This document shows, in pieces, positions 60,769 through 64,000 of a DNA stretch of 64,000 nt. The notes beneath the pieces were generated by a model that saw only the letters and a list, made by a program, of their open reading frames with translations, was not told the DNA's origin and did not search any database. This DNA is from Synechococcus sp. UW140 (lineage in GTDB: Bacteria > Cyanobacteriota > Cyanobacteriia > PCC-6307 > Cyanobiaceae): positions 6,101 through 70,100 of the forward strand of contig CAMBZX010000001.1 in the NCBI GenBank assembly GCA_945872185.1. Direction: 5' to 3'. Every line of letters begins with the position of its first letter. Within the stretch, counting starts at the first letter, position 1. Position numbers and translations under genes: made by a program.

Positions 60769-61205
60769 ACCGCCTCCACCTGCATCTCCTGCCCAAGCTC
60801 GCTGAGCTCATCCAGGGCCCCGCGGCGGGCCTGCCTGCGCGCATCACGCAGCTGCAGTACATCGTTAATATGCAGGCGCCGATGACTGCCGACCATCACA
60901 ACCGGCACGGCCTTGTCGTCGATCAGTCGGTAGAGGTAGGGCCGCGAGACGTTGAGGATCTGGGCAGCCTGCTGTGTGGTGAGCAGGGCGTCATGGGGCA
61001 GCACCGTGACCGCCTCACCGCGCTTGAGGTTGTCGAGCAGGCCCCGCATCAGGCCATAGAGCGGCGCCGGCACCAGGTGCTCTTCGCCCCGGGGACCGAC
61101 CAGGCGTGCCTCGCCGGCCTGAAACAGGGCGAGCAGTTCATCCAGCTGCTCCGGCAGCATGGAATCGGGCGTGATGGTGCCTGGCACCGCGGGTGTCGCG
61201 ACCAT
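60765..61205 (-). CDS. Excisionase-like HTH (HTH_17) antitoxin
   Basis: LTTQQAAQILNVSRPYL..VGSHRR; 4-bp overlap with the PIN gene; GGAGG RBS. Confidence 0.88.
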   Translation of the reverse strand: MVATPAVPGTITPDSMLPEQLDELLALFQAGEARLVGPRGEEHLVPAPLYGLMRGLLDNLKRGEAVTVLPHDALLTTQQAAQILNVSRPYLYRLIDDKAVPVVMVGSHRRLHINDVLQLRDARRQARRGALDELSELGQEMQVEAV

Positions 61206-61392
61206 CGAAACCTCCTCCCCTGTCGTTGCTTAACCGTAATAGGCGTAACCGGCGCTCCGGGGCAAGGGGCTTCGGCAAGAGGGGGAAAGCGGCACCGCCC
61301 TGAGCCAGTCCAACGCCACTGCTGTTCGTGCCGCGGCTCTGCTGCTGCAGGAGGCGCCTGAACTCCAGCGCCGCCGCGGCCAGCTGCAACTG

Positions 61393-61860
61393 GTGGCCGA
61401 CTGCTGGAACCTGCTGGAGGGGCGGCGCGAGCACTTCCTGCCGCGGGGGGAGCGCGAACCGGAGGCGGCCTATCGGCGCCGGGTGGAGGCAGCCCTGCCG
61501 TCGGGGTTCTTCCGCGATGCGCTGCGCACCTTCGCGGGGATGTTGTCGCGGGAGAACTGGACGGCCCTGCCCTCTGGGCTTGAGCTGGTGCTCAGCGATG
61601 TCGACGGACGCGGCACGGACCTGGGTGCCTTTCTGGCCGCAGCCGACGTCCTGGTGCTGCGCGACGGCGGCTGCCTGTTGCTGGTGCTGCCGCCCGATCA
61701 CCTCTGGCCTTCTGAAGGAGATCGGCAACAGGCCCTGCGCCGGGGTGATCGGCTGTCGCTGCCCCGCCTGCAGCTGATCCCCCGCACGGAGCTGCTCAAC
61801 TGGCAGCTGCCCCACTCCCATGGCCTGCCGGTGCGGATCACCTGGCGGGAACAGGAACCC
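61393..61860 (+). pseudogene. N-terminal fragment of a phage portal protein (DUF4055-like)
   Basis: FLPRGEREPEAAYRRR, DVDGRGTDL, LLNW motifs; resemblance ends near 61860 and the frame then runs into the HNH gene. Boundaries approximate. Confidence 0.65.
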
Positions 61861-61999
61861 GCGCCATGGGGCCGACGGCCAGCGCTGCATCCGCCCGTGC
61901 GGAGCGCGGTGGGGCACGAGTCGATCCCAGTGCAACAAGCTTCCACAGGACAGACAACGCGGTCTCGACTACAACAGGATCAAGCCCAGCCACCCAGCC

Positions 62000-62938
62000 A
62001 TGGCCTTCTGGTGGGTCAACCACAAGCAGACCTTCAAGGAAGAAATCCAAGGGGGTTTTGTGTGGTCACCGAAGACCAATGCCAATGGCGCCCGCAATGT
62101 GAGTTACGTCAACCTCACCCGCTGCACGCGCGGGGATGTGGTTTTCAGCTATGCTAACGGCCGGATCAACCAGATCGGAATGGTGGAAGCGGCGGCTGTC
62201 ACTGCACAGAAGCCGCTGGAATTCGGGAATGCCGGGCAGAACTGGAATCCGGAGGGATGGTTGGTGCGGGTGAACTGGGGCCCTCTGCAGCAGCCTCTGG
62301 TGCCGCAGACCTTCTTCGAGCTGCTGCAGCCGCTATTGCCCGAACGTCACAGCCCGATCAGCACCACAAGCGGGCGAGGCAATCAGGGCATCTATCTGGC
62401 GGAGCTGAGCGAGGTACTGGGCGAGCTGCTACTGAAGCTGATCGAAGAACACGCTGACCCCGCTGTACGAGTACATCTGGTTGTGCTGGCGGAGGAGGGC
62501 GACTACACCGCCGCCCTGTTGAATGACATGCAGCAGTTGCAGAAGGTGTCGAGCATCACGGAGCGCGATGCGCTCACCAAGGCGCGGTTGGGGCAAGGGT
62601 TGTTCCGCCATGAAGTGGCGAAGCTGGAGCCGACTTGCCGTGTGACAGGGCTGGCGCGGCAGGAGTTTCTGGTGGCGAGCCACATCAAGCCTTGGCGCGA
62701 CTGCGACAACAGTGAGCGTCTGAGCGGCGCCAACGGATTGCTGCTCTCACCCCATGTGGACAAGCTGTTTGACCGGCACTGGATCAGCTTTGATTCCGGC
62801 GGCCAGCTGTTGTGCGAGCACGAGGCCGCCTGCGAGGCGTTGCGCTGCTGGGGGATCGATGGAGCCAACCTGATTCGGCCGTTCAACAGGGACCAGGAGC
62901 AGTTTTTGCAGGCTCATCGCCAGGCGCTGCGGCACTGA
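62000..62938 (+). CDS. EVE-HNH modification-dependent restriction endonuclease (VcaM4I-like)
   Basis: FWWVNHKQTF..GGFVWSPK..GDVVFSY N-terminus; RLGQGLFR, CRVTG, ASHIKPW, NGLLLSPHVDKLFD HNH domain. Confidence 0.85.
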   Translation: MAFWWVNHKQTFKEEIQGGFVWSPKTNANGARNVSYVNLTRCTRGDVVFSYANGRINQIGMVEAAAVTAQKPLEFGNAGQNWNPEGWLVRVNWGPLQQPLVPQTFFELLQPLLPERHSPISTTSGRGNQGIYLAELSEVLGELLLKLIEEHADPAVRVHLVVLAEEGDYTAALLNDMQQLQKVSSITERDALTKARLGQGLFRHEVAKLEPTCRVTGLARQEFLVASHIKPWRDCDNSERLSGANGLLLSPHVDKLFDRHWISFDSGGQLLCEHEAACEALRCWGIDGANLIRPFNRDQEQFLQAHRQALRH

Positions 62939-63303
62939 TCCGGTACCGGCAGGAAGCGCTTGATGAAGGCCTTCAGAGGCATGGCCCCGCATCGGGGCAT
63001 CCAGCTATCGCTCCCGGGCAGCCGACGCCAGACCTGCACCTGAAGCTCAGTGTTTGGCTGCTGTTGGAATTCCACCCGGTAGCGGTACGCCGCATCAGCT
63101 GCGGCGTCGGGACCGGCCAAGGCGATGCTGCCGGGCTGCGTGTTCACGAAGCAGGCAGGGAACTCAGCCAGCTGACTGCAGATCCGTAATGCAGCGGCGA
63201 ACCGCCAAGCGGCACCTGCGGGGTAGCCATCGTGATGGAGGTAGAGATAACGGTCGGGCTGGCCGGGGAAGCCGGAGAAGCTGTAGGTGGCAGGTGTTGT
63301 CAA
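62914..63303 (-). CDS. Hypothetical mobile-element protein (YxHxDGYP motif)
   Basis: YLYLHHDGYP motif of a type seen in small phage/plasmid proteins. Confidence 0.65.
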   Translation of the reverse strand: MTTPATYSFSGFPGQPDRYLYLHHDGYPAGAAWRFAAALRICSQLAEFPACFVNTQPGSIALAGPDAAADAAYRYRVEFQQQPNTELQVQVWRRLPGSDSWMPRCGAMPLKAFIKRFLPVPDQCRSAWR

Positions 63304-63546
63304 AACGTATTGGCGACGCTCTGTTCTTGTGCCACCGCCGTATCAACCAAGCTCCCCGATGCGGCTCTCGCGATCGAGGAACAGCACCCGCAGCAGCTGG
63401 CCGGCTGTGCCCAGCAGATGGACGGAAACCAAGCGGATCGGGCACTGGCGCTCGATCGGCCCGCGGCTTGGCTGAGCGGGGAAGAGAGGGCGAGCCATGG
63501 CAGGGATGGCGAACGACACCACCACCGCTGGGCCCCGGTGAGGCCA

Positions 63547-63605
63547 GCGCCGCGCAAGGGTCGCGGAACGCAGTGGAGCGACTCGCGTCAGCCCTTGCGT
63601 GGTGC
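63547..63605. other. Branched hairpin in intergenic region (ssDNA signal candidate)
   Basis: GCGCCGCGCAAGGG pairs with CCCTTGCGTGGTGC; inner GTCGC/GCGAC. Confidence 0.55.
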
Positions 63606-63665
63606 GGGAGCCCGGGCAGGCCGGGTGGCGTGATCGCCAGCCCCCAGGGCTTTGCTGGCTCTGAG

Positions 63666-63941
63666 TCAGTAGTCCTCGGGGAACAGCACGGTGGTGATGG
63701 GCCCATCGCCTTCGCCGCGGAGGCCTTCCGTGATCACCCAGATGGTGCCGTGCTCTGGTGTGTCGTAGCTGGTGAAGAGGCGGCCTTCCGCATGGGAGTG
63801 GTCCGAATCGTTGGCGGCTCTGTCCTCCGCATCGAGATCGCCCCAGTCGCGGCCCGCATGACGATCGAGCAGGCCGACGATCACCTCATGGGGGACGGCA
63901 GCGGCGGCTGGCCGATGCACGCCGCGGTGCAGCCGTGGCAC
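63666..63941 (-). CDS. Plasmid/ICE-associated small protein
   Basis: RH..GDWG-like RHAGRDWGDL, N, RLFTSY, IWVITE, TTVLFPEDY signature; start uncertain. Confidence 0.75.
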   Translation of the reverse strand: MPRLHRGVHRPAAAAVPHEVIVGLLDRHAGRDWGDLDAEDRAANDSDHSHAEGRLFTSYDTPEHGTIWVITEGLRGEGDGPITTVLFPEDY

Positions 63942-64000
63942 GCTGAAGGACGGCCGTCGTCGACCGCAGCGCGTCGTCAGCGCAGCCGGAACCGCCGGTC

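Noticed and set aside
60765-61205. Excisionase of the island
   Set aside because: Length, N-terminal extension and coupling to a PIN gene fit the HTH_17-PIN TA family better.

Overview
High-GC picocyanobacterial (Cyanobium/Synechococcus-like) chromosome segment in three parts. (1) 1-~32 kb: psbL-psbJ, hisS, then a large cell-surface polysaccharide region with UDP-sugar enzymes, all four Kdo genes (kdsA/B/C/D), many glycosyltransferases including a tandem GT pair and a tandem EpsG/Wzy-like pair, an ABC exporter, and an embedded uvrD/pcrA. (2) ~32-54 kb: mostly core metabolism (heme oxygenase, icd, glcF/glcE, Na+/H+ antiporter, glgP). (3) From ~54.24 kb to the window end: an element integrated in tRNA-Arg(CCT). 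Only the 3' 47 nt of the tRNA lie at its border, next to repeats resembling integrase arm sites. It carries Fic, two paralogous orphan genes (one broken by a nonsense codon), a TerS-like/TerL/short sigma factor/truncated portal module, a PIN toxin-antitoxin pair, a VcaM4I-like EVE-HNH nuclease and plasmid leading-region-like genes around a long hairpin. The most interesting items are this phage/plasmid hybrid element, candidate new CMP-Kdo transferases, and recurrent in-frame 15-bp repeat arrays. All calls come from reading motifs by eye; no searches were run, and several start codons are my estimates.
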